A stretch of 64,000 bases of DNA from Pseudomonadota bacterium (lineage in GTDB: Bacteria; Pseudomonadota; Alphaproteobacteria; Acetobacterales; Acetobacteraceae): positions 286 through 64,285 of the forward strand of contig JAKBBY010000001.1 of the NCBI GenBank assembly GCA_021808315.1. The letters are read 5' to 3'. The position numbers were made by a program, and so were the translations under genes. Numbering within the stretch: position 1 is the stretch's first letter; each line of letters opens with the position of its first letter. Positions 31,025-40,047 of this stretch are shown here, in pieces. Below the pieces are notes generated by a model. The model saw only the letters and a program-made list of their open reading frames with translations, did not search any database and had not been told where the DNA came from.

Positions 31025-31569
31025 TGGATGTTTTCTGGAACGCTGTGAAGGCCCGTGCCTCCGCACTCGATGGATTGGGTGGCCAAGCACGATTTGGTCT
31101 TGTTTCGAGTTTTGATCCGCAAGCTTTTGCCGCCCGTGTGCTGGTTCAACCTGAAAATATTCTAACGGGGTGGCTGCCGGTATTGGCGCCGTGGGTCGGT
31201 GCTGGCTGGGGGTTGGCCGCGCCATTATCGCCGGGTGATCAAGTCTTGATGCTTTGCCAAGAGGGTGATTCGCAGCAAGGTGTGATTGTCGGCGCGGTGT
31301 GGTCCGCTGCAACGCAGACGCCCGGGGCGCCCGTGGGCGAATGCTGGCTCGTTCATGCCAGCGGATCATTTGTGAAATTGCAAAATGACGGGACGATCGC
31401 CTTGAAAGCGCCGACGGTTTCGATCGAGGGTAACTTACTCGTTAGTGGTGAAATTTCAGATTTAGCCAGCCAGCATGGTTCATTAGATCGGCTTCGTCAG
31501 GCTTATGACGGACATGTCCATGCTGATCCACAAGGCGGATCGACGGGTCCGGTATCGGAGAGCGTGTGA
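31024..31569 (+). CDS. Baseplate central spike (gpV-like)
   Basis: OB-fold ARV..QPE..LTGWLPV, P..GDQV, HASGS beta-helix, C-terminal HVH metal apex. Confidence 0.88.
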   Translation: MDVFWNAVKARASALDGLGGQARFGLVSSFDPQAFAARVLVQPENILTGWLPVLAPWVGAGWGLAAPLSPGDQVLMLCQEGDSQQGVIVGAVWSAATQTPGAPVGECWLVHASGSFVKLQNDGTIALKAPTVSIEGNLLVSGEISDLASQHGSLDRLRQAYDGHVHADPQGGSTGPVSESV

Positions 31570-31931
31570 TGGCTGATTTGGCGTTGACCTATGGTGGCGA
31601 TTTAGCGTTTGGTGTTGGGGGTGACTTAGCGCTTGCCTCGGGCACGGCCTTGACGGAGCAGCGTGTGCTGCGGCGGTTACTGACCAATCCTGGCGACTAT
31701 ATTTGGCAATTGACGTATGGCGGCGGATTGGGCGCTTTTGTAGGTGTGGCGGGGATGGCCAATCGTATAGCCGCAAACACGCGAGCGCAATTGCAGCTTG
31801 AAGCCCGCGTTGCACAATCACCAGCGCCGGTTATCAAATCGACTGACAATCCAACCAGCGGGGTTTCATTGTCGATTCTGTATACCGATGAAGCGAGCGG
31901 AGCGAGCCGCGTTCTGAGTTTGCCTGTTTGA
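31569..31931 (+). CDS. Baseplate wedge protein (gpW/gp25-like)
   Basis: QRVLRRLLTNPGDYIWQ..YG.GL. Confidence 0.75.
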   Translation: MADLALTYGGDLAFGVGGDLALASGTALTEQRVLRRLLTNPGDYIWQLTYGGGLGAFVGVAGMANRIAANTRAQLQLEARVAQSPAPVIKSTDNPTSGVSLSILYTDEASGASRVLSLPV

Positions 31932-31954
31932 TGGCGTGACCGAATGGAGTTTTT

Positions 31955-33085
31955 ATGCAGCTTTCCTTGCAAAGTTTCTCCGCCATGGTGGGGACGATGG
32001 CCGCGTCAATCCAAGGTGCCGTTAGTCAATTCATTGATCTTTCGGTTGGATCCGTGTTGCGAGCGTTGCTAGAGGCGAATGCGGCCATTGCCTCTTGGAT
32101 GCAATGGCTCATTGTGCAGGTGCTACAGGCGACGAGGCTGGCGACCAGCGTTGGTGCCGATTGCGACAGTTTTGGAGCTGATTTCGGCTTTACGCGGTTG
32201 CCCGCAGCACCTGCCAGTGGCATCGTGACATTCGCCCGATTTGCGCCTGTTCTTAATGCATTTGTCCCCGTGGGAACCATCGTTATTACAGTTGACGGAT
32301 CACAAAGTTTCGCCGTGGCCGCAGCGCCGACCAATCCAGCTTTCAATGCAATATTAAATGGCTATACGTTAGCGGTACCGGTTGCCAGCATTGATCTTCC
32401 GGTGACCGCCTTGGAACCCGGATCGGCTGGGAATATCGTGGCGCAGAGTATTGGGTTGATCGGCACGGCGGTTCCCGGGATCGACACAGCGACTAATAAT
32501 ACCGCCTTTTCGGGCGGTGTTGATGCAGAGAGCGACGCCGCATTTCGAGCGCGGTTCGGAAATTATTTGGCGAGCCTCTCCCGTGCCACGTTGGGCGCGG
32601 TTCAAGAGACGATTGCCGGGGTGCAGCAAGGTCTATCCGCCACGGTTGCGGAGAATGTTGATCCGACCGGTGCGAGCAGTGTCGGCGAATTTGTGGTGAC
32701 TGTTGATGATGGTAGCGGTGCGCCGCCGACGAGCCTATTGAGCACAGTGCAATTAGCGGTGGATGCGGTGCGACCGGTGGGGACGCGCTTTTCAGTGCAA
32801 CCGCCACAGGTGACGCATGCCTCCGTGACGATGAGTTTAACCCTTGCAGCAAATGCTGTTCAGCAGAATGTAGTTGGGGCGGTGCAGGCGGCGATTGGCG
32901 GGTATATTGATAGTCTGCCCGTGGGCGCTGCGCTCGCCTACACGCGGCTGGCTCAAATTGCGTATGATGCGTCATCCCAAGTGGTCAACGTCACCGGGGT
33001 GCAATTGAATGGTGGCAATAGTGATCTGATACCCGGATCATTTGGCGCCGTGCGTGCTGCCAACTTGAGCATCAGCGCATTATGA
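31955..33085 (+). CDS. Baseplate J / gp47 family protein
   Basis: GSVLRALLEA, R.PA.PASG.VTF, G.AGNI, GGVDAESD.AFR.R, VRPVG. Confidence 0.92.
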   Translation: MQLSLQSFSAMVGTMAASIQGAVSQFIDLSVGSVLRALLEANAAIASWMQWLIVQVLQATRLATSVGADCDSFGADFGFTRLPAAPASGIVTFARFAPVLNAFVPVGTIVITVDGSQSFAVAAAPTNPAFNAILNGYTLAVPVASIDLPVTALEPGSAGNIVAQSIGLIGTAVPGIDTATNNTAFSGGVDAESDAAFRARFGNYLASLSRATLGAVQETIAGVQQGLSATVAENVDPTGASSVGEFVVTVDDGSGAPPTSLLSTVQLAVDAVRPVGTRFSVQPPQVTHASVTMSLTLAANAVQQNVVGAVQAAIGGYIDSLPVGAALAYTRLAQIAYDASSQVVNVTGVQLNGGNSDLIPGSFGAVRAANLSISAL

Positions 33086-33780
33086 GCGGGTTTCAGCCAG
33101 TGGGACCATCTGGGCCGCCTGTGCCGTTGAGTGCGGGTTGGATCAGTGCGCGATTGCAGGCCTTGCTGCCGACGGGGTGGTTTAATGATGATACGCCGGT
33201 GCTGGACGCACTCACGCTCGGTATGGGTGCGCTATGGGCCGCGCTGATCGAATTAATCGATACGGTTCGCGCGCAAACCCGGATCGCAACGGCCTCCGGG
33301 GTTTTTTTGGATTTGGCGGCGTTAGATTACTGCGGCACGGCTGTGAGCCGACGGGCTGGCGAGAGTGATCCGGCGTTTAGTGCGCGACTACGGGCAACGG
33401 TGTTAGCGCCGCGCGCGACGCGGGCGGCTCTAGCACAGGCGATTGAGCGCGTGACCGGACGATCGCCGCAGATTTTCGAACCATTTAATCCCACTGATTG
33501 CGGCGGTTATTCGACGAACACGCTGGGCTATGGGGTGTGTGGCGGCTATGGCTCATTAGCGCTGCCCTACCAGCTCTTTGTGACAGCCTATCGTCCGGAC
33601 GCGGTGCCGGCCAGCCATGCCGGTGGCTATAACCAGGGCCCCGGTGGCTATAATGCAGGGCCGATGGCCTGGGTTGATCCTCGCGATAATCCTGGGCTCC
33701 TGACGGATAGTGAAATTTATGCAGCAATCGCCGATGCGCTTCCGGTCAATGCGGTAGCGTGGACGCGCCTTGAAGACTGA
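33082..33780 (+). CDS. Baseplate wedge protein (gpI/gp48-like)
   Basis: LQALLP.GWF, RIATASG.FLD.AA.D, R.AGESD..F..R. Confidence 0.7.
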   Translation: MSGFQPVGPSGPPVPLSAGWISARLQALLPTGWFNDDTPVLDALTLGMGALWAALIELIDTVRAQTRIATASGVFLDLAALDYCGTAVSRRAGESDPAFSARLRATVLAPRATRAALAQAIERVTGRSPQIFEPFNPTDCGGYSTNTLGYGVCGGYGSLALPYQLFVTAYRPDAVPASHAGGYNQGPGGYNAGPMAWVDPRDNPGLLTDSEIYAAIADALPVNAVAWTRLED

Positions 33781-33801
33781 ACCAAAGAGGGGCATCAATT
33801 T

Positions 33802-35055
33802 ATGGATCGGATGATTGTCTATCCCGGGGCTATCCCGCTGGATACGGATATTTTGCAGCTTAATCGTAACGTCATGGTTGGGATCGCTGCGCTGAGTGAG
33901 GCCGTTCTCGGATCTTCAACGATTGTTGATGGCCTCGCCTGCTCACCAACCGTCCCAGCGTCTCTGACGGTGACGATTGGGCCTGGTTCGATCACGGCGG
34001 TGGCGCCGGTTGATGTGACGGCGTATGGAAGCCTTGCAGCAGATATTGCAGAACAGATCGTTAAAACCGGGATCAATCTTGATCCGCTCAGCTTTACTTT
34101 ATCAGCGCCGGTTAGCTCCGGACAGTCGATCTGTTATCTGATTGAAGCGGCATTTTCTGAAGCTGATTCTGACCCGGTGGTGCTACCTTATGTGAATGCG
34201 GCCAACCCGGCCTTGCCCTACACCGGACCGAATAACTCAGGCGGTGCGCAAAATACGCAGCGGCTCCAGCGGGTGCAGCTTCAATTGAAGCCAGGGGCTG
34301 CAGCGCCGGCTGGCACACAGACCGCGCCACCCGTTGATAATGGCTGGGTCGGTTTGTATGTCATTACGGTTAACTACGGTCAGACCGCAATCATTTCATC
34401 AGACATCACCACGCTGCCCCAAGCACCCTTTCTGCCTTTCAAATTACCGGCTTTGCGGCCCGGTTTTGCGCAGATGAGTGTGTTTGAAAGCTCTGGTGCT
34501 TTCATTGTTCCGAATGGCGTTAACAGCGTGAAAGTGACTGTGATTGGCGGTGGCGGGGGTGGTGGATATCACGCGACATTGCCGGGTGCGGGTGGCGGGG
34601 CGGGTGGTGTGGCCGTCAGTATTATCGGCGGTCTTGCAGCGGGGCAAAGCATTCCGGTGACTGTGGGGCTTGGCGGTGTGCCCAGCGTATCGCCGGGCAC
34701 GGGTGGTGCGGGCGGCACGTCCGGGTTTGGGTCATTTATCTCCGCCAGTGGAGGCGCTGGCGGCGAGGGTGGCACGGCCTCATTGTTTGCGACCGCTGGG
34801 GGGCCGGGCGGCATTGGCCTTGGGGGTCAGATCAATCAAGCCGGTGCAATGGGCTCAGACGGCATCGCGGTGGCGAGCCGTGGTGGTGATGGTGGCGGGG
34901 CGGGGCATGGTCGTGGTGCCAGTGGTCCGTTGGCTGGGTTTGCAGCGAGCGGATTTGGCGGCGGCGGTGGTGGTGGCGGTGCGTCCCCTGGCGCCAATCC
35001 GGCTGGCAGCCCAGGGGGCGCGGGTGCGCCGGGACTGGTGATTGTTGAATACTGA
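33802..35055 (+). CDS. Proximal tail fibre with C-terminal glycine-rich domain
   Basis: F.SSG.F.VP.GV..VKVTVIGGGGGG...GAPGLVIVEY pattern; follows the baseplate. Confidence 0.75.
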   Translation: MDRMIVYPGAIPLDTDILQLNRNVMVGIAALSEAVLGSSTIVDGLACSPTVPASLTVTIGPGSITAVAPVDVTAYGSLAADIAEQIVKTGINLDPLSFTLSAPVSSGQSICYLIEAAFSEADSDPVVLPYVNAANPALPYTGPNNSGGAQNTQRLQRVQLQLKPGAAAPAGTQTAPPVDNGWVGLYVITVNYGQTAIISSDITTLPQAPFLPFKLPALRPGFAQMSVFESSGAFIVPNGVNSVKVTVIGGGGGGGYHATLPGAGGGAGGVAVSIIGGLAAGQSIPVTVGLGGVPSVSPGTGGAGGTSGFGSFISASGGAGGEGGTASLFATAGGPGGIGLGGQINQAGAMGSDGIAVASRGGDGGGAGHGRGASGPLAGFAASGFGGGGGGGGASPGANPAGSPGGAGAPGLVIVEY

Positions 35056-35103
35056 GCCGATTGCGCTGGACCGACACAGATCGATCATTCAGAGAGGACA
35101 TTC

Positions 35104-35595
35104 ATGAGCGGGATATTGGCGGCGGCAACGCGAGTCTGGCAGGTATCATCGGCCCGGCTGATCGAGATTGAGGGCTTTATTCCAACGCCGCGCGGGTTGC
35201 TTTTATTGCCGCCGCAACCTCTGATGTGGCCGGAGAAAGATCCGGGCGATACTCTCGACTACGCTTTTGAAATTGCACCGGCGTTGACGGGAAATCCGGG
35301 CGATTCGATTGCGTCTCTTGGTGTTTCGATCAACCCGAGCAATCCGGGTGATTTGGCGTTGGTTTCAGCGTCAGCAGATGGAACCAGGGCTGTTCTCTGG
35401 CTTACAGCGGGACAGCCCAATACGACCTATACCGTTACGATCAATATCGCAACGGCCTGTGGCCGGGTTTTGGCGCGCAGCATTGCGTTGCCCGTGATTC
35501 CCTTGGCTTCGGTGCCCGCGCCGTTGAACGCGCTCACGACACCCAACGGGGCGCCGATTACGGCCCCTTCGGGCCTTCCACTAACGACGTCCTGA
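35104..35595 (+). CDS. Putative fibre-tail adaptor (Ig-like)
   Basis: WPEKDP.D.LDY.F, A.LWL..G.P...Y.VT..I.T..GR...RS..L.V. Confidence 0.6.
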   Translation: MSGILAAATRVWQVSSARLIEIEGFIPTPRGLLLLPPQPLMWPEKDPGDTLDYAFEIAPALTGNPGDSIASLGVSINPSNPGDLALVSASADGTRAVLWLTAGQPNTTYTVTINIATACGRVLARSIALPVIPLASVPAPLNALTTPNGAPITAPSGLPLTTS

Positions 35596-35604
35596 GAGGT
35601 TGGC

Positions 35605-38148
35605 ATGCCGACAATTGGACAATTATCGCCGGCAAGTTCAGTATCGGATAGTGATGAGCTGCCAATTTATCAAAATGGCCAAACGCTAGCGGCTACCCGC
35701 GCGCAAATTCTGGCGGGCATTCAGACGGCGTTGACCTTGCCTGCGGGAACGGTATTGGGCGGCATCGGCCCGGGTGTTACTGCGCCGGTGCCGATTACCA
35801 TCGGGTCCAATTTAACGCTGGCGGGCACCACGTTATCGGCCAACGCGACCCCATTCGAGATTGCGGCTTTGCCACTGGGATCAACACCCACGCCCACGGA
35901 TATTGTTGGCGCGGCCCAATCGGGAGGCAATGTTGGGATTCCCTATAGCGCGTTGATGCAAGCTGTTGGTTCGGTGACTGGCGTTCCCGCCGGTGGCATG
36001 CTCGCAACAGCGTCCGGCGCTTCGACGGCGCGAAGCGTGGCGGCTCTCGCCGCGAACGCCGTTTCGATCGAGGATTTCGGTGCGCTCGGCGATGGTATAA
36101 CGAACGACGCGGCGGCCCTGATTGCCGCTTTGGCGACGGGTAACCCCGTCCGGTTTGGACCAAAAACCTATCGCATTGACGGGGAGTGCGATCTAAACGG
36201 TGCGAACGCGACACTCATCGGCGTGGCGGGTGCGACCATCGTGTCGCGCGGCATGCAGGATATTGTCGGGTCATCAGCGACGCCGGCCTGGATCAGCGTC
36301 TCTGCCACTCGGTTCTGGGCTGATGGCATTATTTTCGATGCCAACCAGACAATCACAACCGATAGTTTTGCCGTGGCTGTGCAGTCAACATGCGTCGCGG
36401 CTAATATAACGCGCTGTTGGTTTCGCAATGCGCAGGGACCAAACCATGGTTGGGGCCTTGCGATCTTGCCGAGCGATCCGACACTAACTAATCATCACAT
36501 CCACGATTGCGAATTCTCGAACAACGCAGTGGATGGTTGTTGGGTCGCGGCGACCGATGCGGTGGAGATTTCGTCCTGCAGGGGGCATGACAATGGCCGT
36601 AATGGTATTTACGTTGATAGCCAGGATCCTACGTTTACGCTGAAGATCAGGGACGTCGTGATCGTTAACAACACGTGTTGGAACAATCAAACGGGTATCG
36701 TGCTTGGTAATTTCAATCAAACAAATACGGTGCCCGGCGTATACGGCAATGGCAATCCCGATGTGTTGTCAGCCCTGGTCGCTCATAATAATCTGTATCA
36801 AAATACATCCTATGGGCTTTCGGTATCAGGGCGGAATATTCTTGTCACCGGAAATATTCTTTCAAATAATGGGCCGGCTGGTGGTGGGATGCTGGCCAAT
36901 ACGGGCTATTGTCGGATTGTCGGCAATATGATTGTCGGAGCCGGATCATTTGGTATTGATGCTGGCGGCTCGATTTTCGTTGAATTGGCTGGAAATTATA
37001 TTAATGGGGCCGAATTTGGGTTGGGAATCGGTGGAAGCCAAAATTGTACGGTCAGGGGGAATTTTATTCAGGATTGTGCCGCCGCGATTATTGCACTCAA
37101 TGTAGAATCCGACGGGCGGGGCGATAATTTTGGAATTGCCTGCAATAATCTATCCTTGATCGGGAATTGGATTTATTATGGCGCGGGCGGGCAGGGGATC
37201 GTGTTGCGCGATGCGCCGCAAGCGGTTTTCGTGGCGGACAATGTTGTGGTGGCGAGCGGTGGTGGTGATCCACTCAATAGTTTGATCCCTTATACGGATG
37301 GGCTGATTTTGAGCGGCAACATGCTCAACTATACGCCGTCTTGGCCGATCAACCCCGATGCCTCGAGCGGGACCAATACGCTTGTCGTTCCCGACTTAGT
37401 CGATCAAGTCAGTGTATCGCAGAGTGTGACACCGATCCAGAGCATGGTTACGGCGTGGGCAAGCCGTTCGGCGGGACAAATTACCTATATCAAGGTGATC
37501 AATGGCGGTTCGGGTTATAGTTCGGCGACGGTATCAATTCTTGGTGCGGGAACGGGGGCGACGGCTAGTGCCTTTATCGCCAATGGCGTCATCATCGGTG
37601 TGACGATCACGAATAATGGAAGTGGCTACGGTCCTGGCACGGTTGCGAGTATTGTTGGGAACGGCAGCGGCGCGGTGTTGGCAGCACAAGTTGGTTTGCC
37701 GGTTTTGCAGGGCAGGTCACTCGCCATCCAGGGTAGCGTTCCGCTGACATTTGAAGCGGCGGGCAGCGCACCGGCACAACAGAATTGGACTGGTGCGCCG
37801 ATCACGGTCCCGGCCAATAGTGTCATTGATTGGCTGGGCGTTGGCGGTGGCTGGCAGGCGACGCGGTTTACCCAGTCTGATTACGTTGCGCCGAATGGCG
37901 ATGGCAGCGTCGTGTTTCAAAGCCAGATTGGCGATCTTGCGTTGCATCCGCGCCTCGGGGGTGCTGTCCGACTCATTTCGGATACAGAACCGGTTGGCTG
38001 CGTCAGCCTCATCGGGCGCGGGTCACCGGAGGCGGTGATTGCGGCACCCGCTGGTTCAAGCTTTCGCAACCTCGATGGTGGTGTTGGGTCAACGTTCTGG
38101 ATCAAACAGAGCGGCACGGCCAATATTGGATGGGCGGCAATCGGTTAA
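35605..38148 (+). CDS. Tailspike with pectate-lyase-like right-handed beta-helix (putative depolymerase)
   Basis: SIEDFGALGDGITNDAAA, Asn/Gly-rich PbH1-type repeats, NGGSGY repeats, C-terminal GSPE.V..AP.GS. Confidence 0.8.
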   Translation: MPTIGQLSPASSVSDSDELPIYQNGQTLAATRAQILAGIQTALTLPAGTVLGGIGPGVTAPVPITIGSNLTLAGTTLSANATPFEIAALPLGSTPTPTDIVGAAQSGGNVGIPYSALMQAVGSVTGVPAGGMLATASGASTARSVAALAANAVSIEDFGALGDGITNDAAALIAALATGNPVRFGPKTYRIDGECDLNGANATLIGVAGATIVSRGMQDIVGSSATPAWISVSATRFWADGIIFDANQTITTDSFAVAVQSTCVAANITRCWFRNAQGPNHGWGLAILPSDPTLTNHHIHDCEFSNNAVDGCWVAATDAVEISSCRGHDNGRNGIYVDSQDPTFTLKIRDVVIVNNTCWNNQTGIVLGNFNQTNTVPGVYGNGNPDVLSALVAHNNLYQNTSYGLSVSGRNILVTGNILSNNGPAGGGMLANTGYCRIVGNMIVGAGSFGIDAGGSIFVELAGNYINGAEFGLGIGGSQNCTVRGNFIQDCAAAIIALNVESDGRGDNFGIACNNLSLIGNWIYYGAGGQGIVLRDAPQAVFVADNVVVASGGGDPLNSLIPYTDGLILSGNMLNYTPSWPINPDASSGTNTLVVPDLVDQVSVSQSVTPIQSMVTAWASRSAGQITYIKVINGGSGYSSATVSILGAGTGATASAFIANGVIIGVTITNNGSGYGPGTVASIVGNGSGAVLAAQVGLPVLQGRSLAIQGSVPLTFEAAGSAPAQQNWTGAPITVPANSVIDWLGVGGGWQATRFTQSDYVAPNGDGSVVFQSQIGDLALHPRLGGAVRLISDTEPVGCVSLIGRGSPEAVIAAPAGSSFRNLDGGVGSTFWIKQSGTANIGWAAIG

Positions 38149-38158
38149 GGAGAGGCGT

Positions 38159-40045
38159 ATGACGACGATACCGCAGCTACCAACGGTAACCGCTGTTGGG
38201 CCGAGTGATCTATTGCCACTCTCGCAAAATGGTGTGTTATTTTCGGCGTCCGTGTCGCAGGTAACGGCGGGTCTGCAACAGAGTATAGTGCTGCCAACGG
38301 GGGATGTGCTGGGTCGGTCCAGTGCCGGGGCTGGCGCGCCGGAGCCATTGGCGCTTGGCGCCGGCCTTGTGATGAGCGGCACGAGTTTGGCCGCCAATGG
38401 TCTTGATCATCTCTCGTTCGCGCTGCAGCCGACATTGGCAGCCGGTGATGAGTTGATTGTCAACGCGGTGGGCCAGCCAAGTCGGGTTCCAGCTTCCGCG
38501 ATCATTGGTTTATTCACGCCGGGTTCGGGAATTGCGCTGGACTCCGCCGGCACAATCAGCGTTATCCCTTCCACAATTGCCGGTCCGGCGGGCCCGGCCG
38601 GGCCAGTGGGTCCCGCCGGTCCTGCGGGCCCGGCTGGCCCCATGGGGCCGCAAGGGGCTGGGCTTGCAGCGCCAGGAGCGGCCAATGCCGCAAGCATGAT
38701 TGGTGAGAGCGATTATGTGGCGATTTGGCAAAACGGTGCGAATAGTTGGATCACGTATAAACAATTGATCGCAGGCCAAACAATCGAGCAGCTTCCCTCG
38801 GCGGGCCCGGCAGGTGATACCGATTTGATGTTGGTGGCCCAGGGCGGAAGCGCGCTGGCGAGCCAAAGTTTTTCTGCCATTTGGGCGTATATCGCGGCTA
38901 AATTACCGATGATTTTGACACAAATTGTCGAAATCACCGGCGATACCGTTTTGGATTCAACCACCCATAATCGCCGTTTGTTGGTGGTGAGCAATCCTGT
39001 CACGTTAACAGCCAATTTCGCCAATATGGGAAGCGGATTTTCATGTCGGATCATTAACCTGTCGGCTGGCGCCATTACGATGGGCACGGGTATCGTTGCG
39101 GGTAATGGAGCGACGATTTTGCCGCCTGGCGGGTCCACGGTTTTGGACGGAATTACCTATTCCGGCGGGTCATTGGTTTGGTGGGATGGTGCCGTATCAA
39201 TGGCACCGATCTTGACGGTGGCTCCGATCACGGCACAGCTTGCGGGGGTTGGCTTCACGGTCACCGGGGGCGTGTTCAATGATGCGCCAATAGCGCTCGA
39301 TTATTCTACAGATGGCATCAATTGGGTGGCTGCATCGACACCGACTATTGGCGTTCATAGTTATAGTTTCACGATTCCTGGTTTGGCGGCGGGCGCCTAT
39401 CGGATATCGGTGCGCGATCATGCGGACCAGGGCGTGGTTGGCGTCAGTGCGTCATTCGTTGTGACGGTGCCAAGCGTGACGCTGGGTGCGTTACCGGGCA
39501 CTGCTCTGGTGGGCACGGCGCTTAACGTGACTGGCACGGTCTTTCCGGCGGGTAACGGCGTTTCCGTTGGTCTCTCAAGCAGTGCGACCGCGCCGCCCGC
39601 GAGCTTGGTTCCCGCGACGGTTACGGCGGGGAATTGGGCAGCCGCGATTACCCCCAGTGCGCCCGGCACCTTCTATGTGTGGGCACAACAGACGGCTGAT
39701 GCAACCGCTCAGGCCGTCTCAACCGCGATTACAGTGACCAGTAACGCGGCGGTATCTTACACGATCAACCAGCCAAGTTCTTTGGCGTACACAATCGGAT
39801 CTGGCCCGATCGCGCTGAATGGCAGTGTTTCGCCCGCGCAGGTGATTGGCACGCAGGTGGCATTATCGACCAGCGGTACCACGCCACCGACGAGCGGATG
39901 GTCGGCGGCAACGATCATCGATAATAATGCGGTATGGGCCGTCTATCTTCCGGGACCAACGGTTGCTGGATCTTATTATATTTGGGTTGAGACCACGACA
40001 GGTGGCGCACCAGCAGTCTCAAGCTTTACCATCGCGGCGAGCTAA
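38159..40045 (+). CDS. Tail fibre protein with collagen-like segment and Ig-like C-terminal repeats
   Basis: SD AAGGAG; N-terminus similar to that of 35605; eight G-P-X triplets. Confidence 0.75.
   Translation: MTTIPQLPTVTAVGPSDLLPLSQNGVLFSASVSQVTAGLQQSIVLPTGDVLGRSSAGAGAPEPLALGAGLVMSGTSLAANGLDHLSFALQPTLAAGDELIVNAVGQPSRVPASAIIGLFTPGSGIALDSAGTISVIPSTIAGPAGPAGPVGPAGPAGPAGPMGPQGAGLAAPGAANAASMIGESDYVAIWQNGANSWITYKQLIAGQTIEQLPSAGPAGDTDLMLVAQGGSALASQSFSAIWAYIAAKLPMILTQIVEITGDTVLDSTTHNRRLLVVSNPVTLTANFANMGSGFSCRIINLSAGAITMGTGIVAGNGATILPPGGSTVLDGITYSGGSLVWWDGAVSMAPILTVAPITAQLAGVGFTVTGGVFNDAPIALDYSTDGINWVAASTPTIGVHSYSFTIPGLAAGAYRISVRDHADQGVVGVSASFVVTVPSVTLGALPGTALVGTALNVTGTVFPAGNGVSVGLSSSATAPPASLVPATVTAGNWAAAITPSAPGTFYVWAQQTADATAQAVSTAITVTSNAAVSYTINQPSSLAYTIGSGPIALNGSVSPAQVIGTQVALSTSGTTPPTSGWSAATIIDNNAVWAVYLPGPTVAGSYYIWVETTTGGAPAVSSFTIAAS
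38582..38653 (+). repeat. Collagen-like (Gly-Pro-X)8 repeat
   Basis: GPA GPA GPV GPA GPA GPA GPM GPQ. Confidence 0.9.
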
Positions 40046-40047
40046 TC

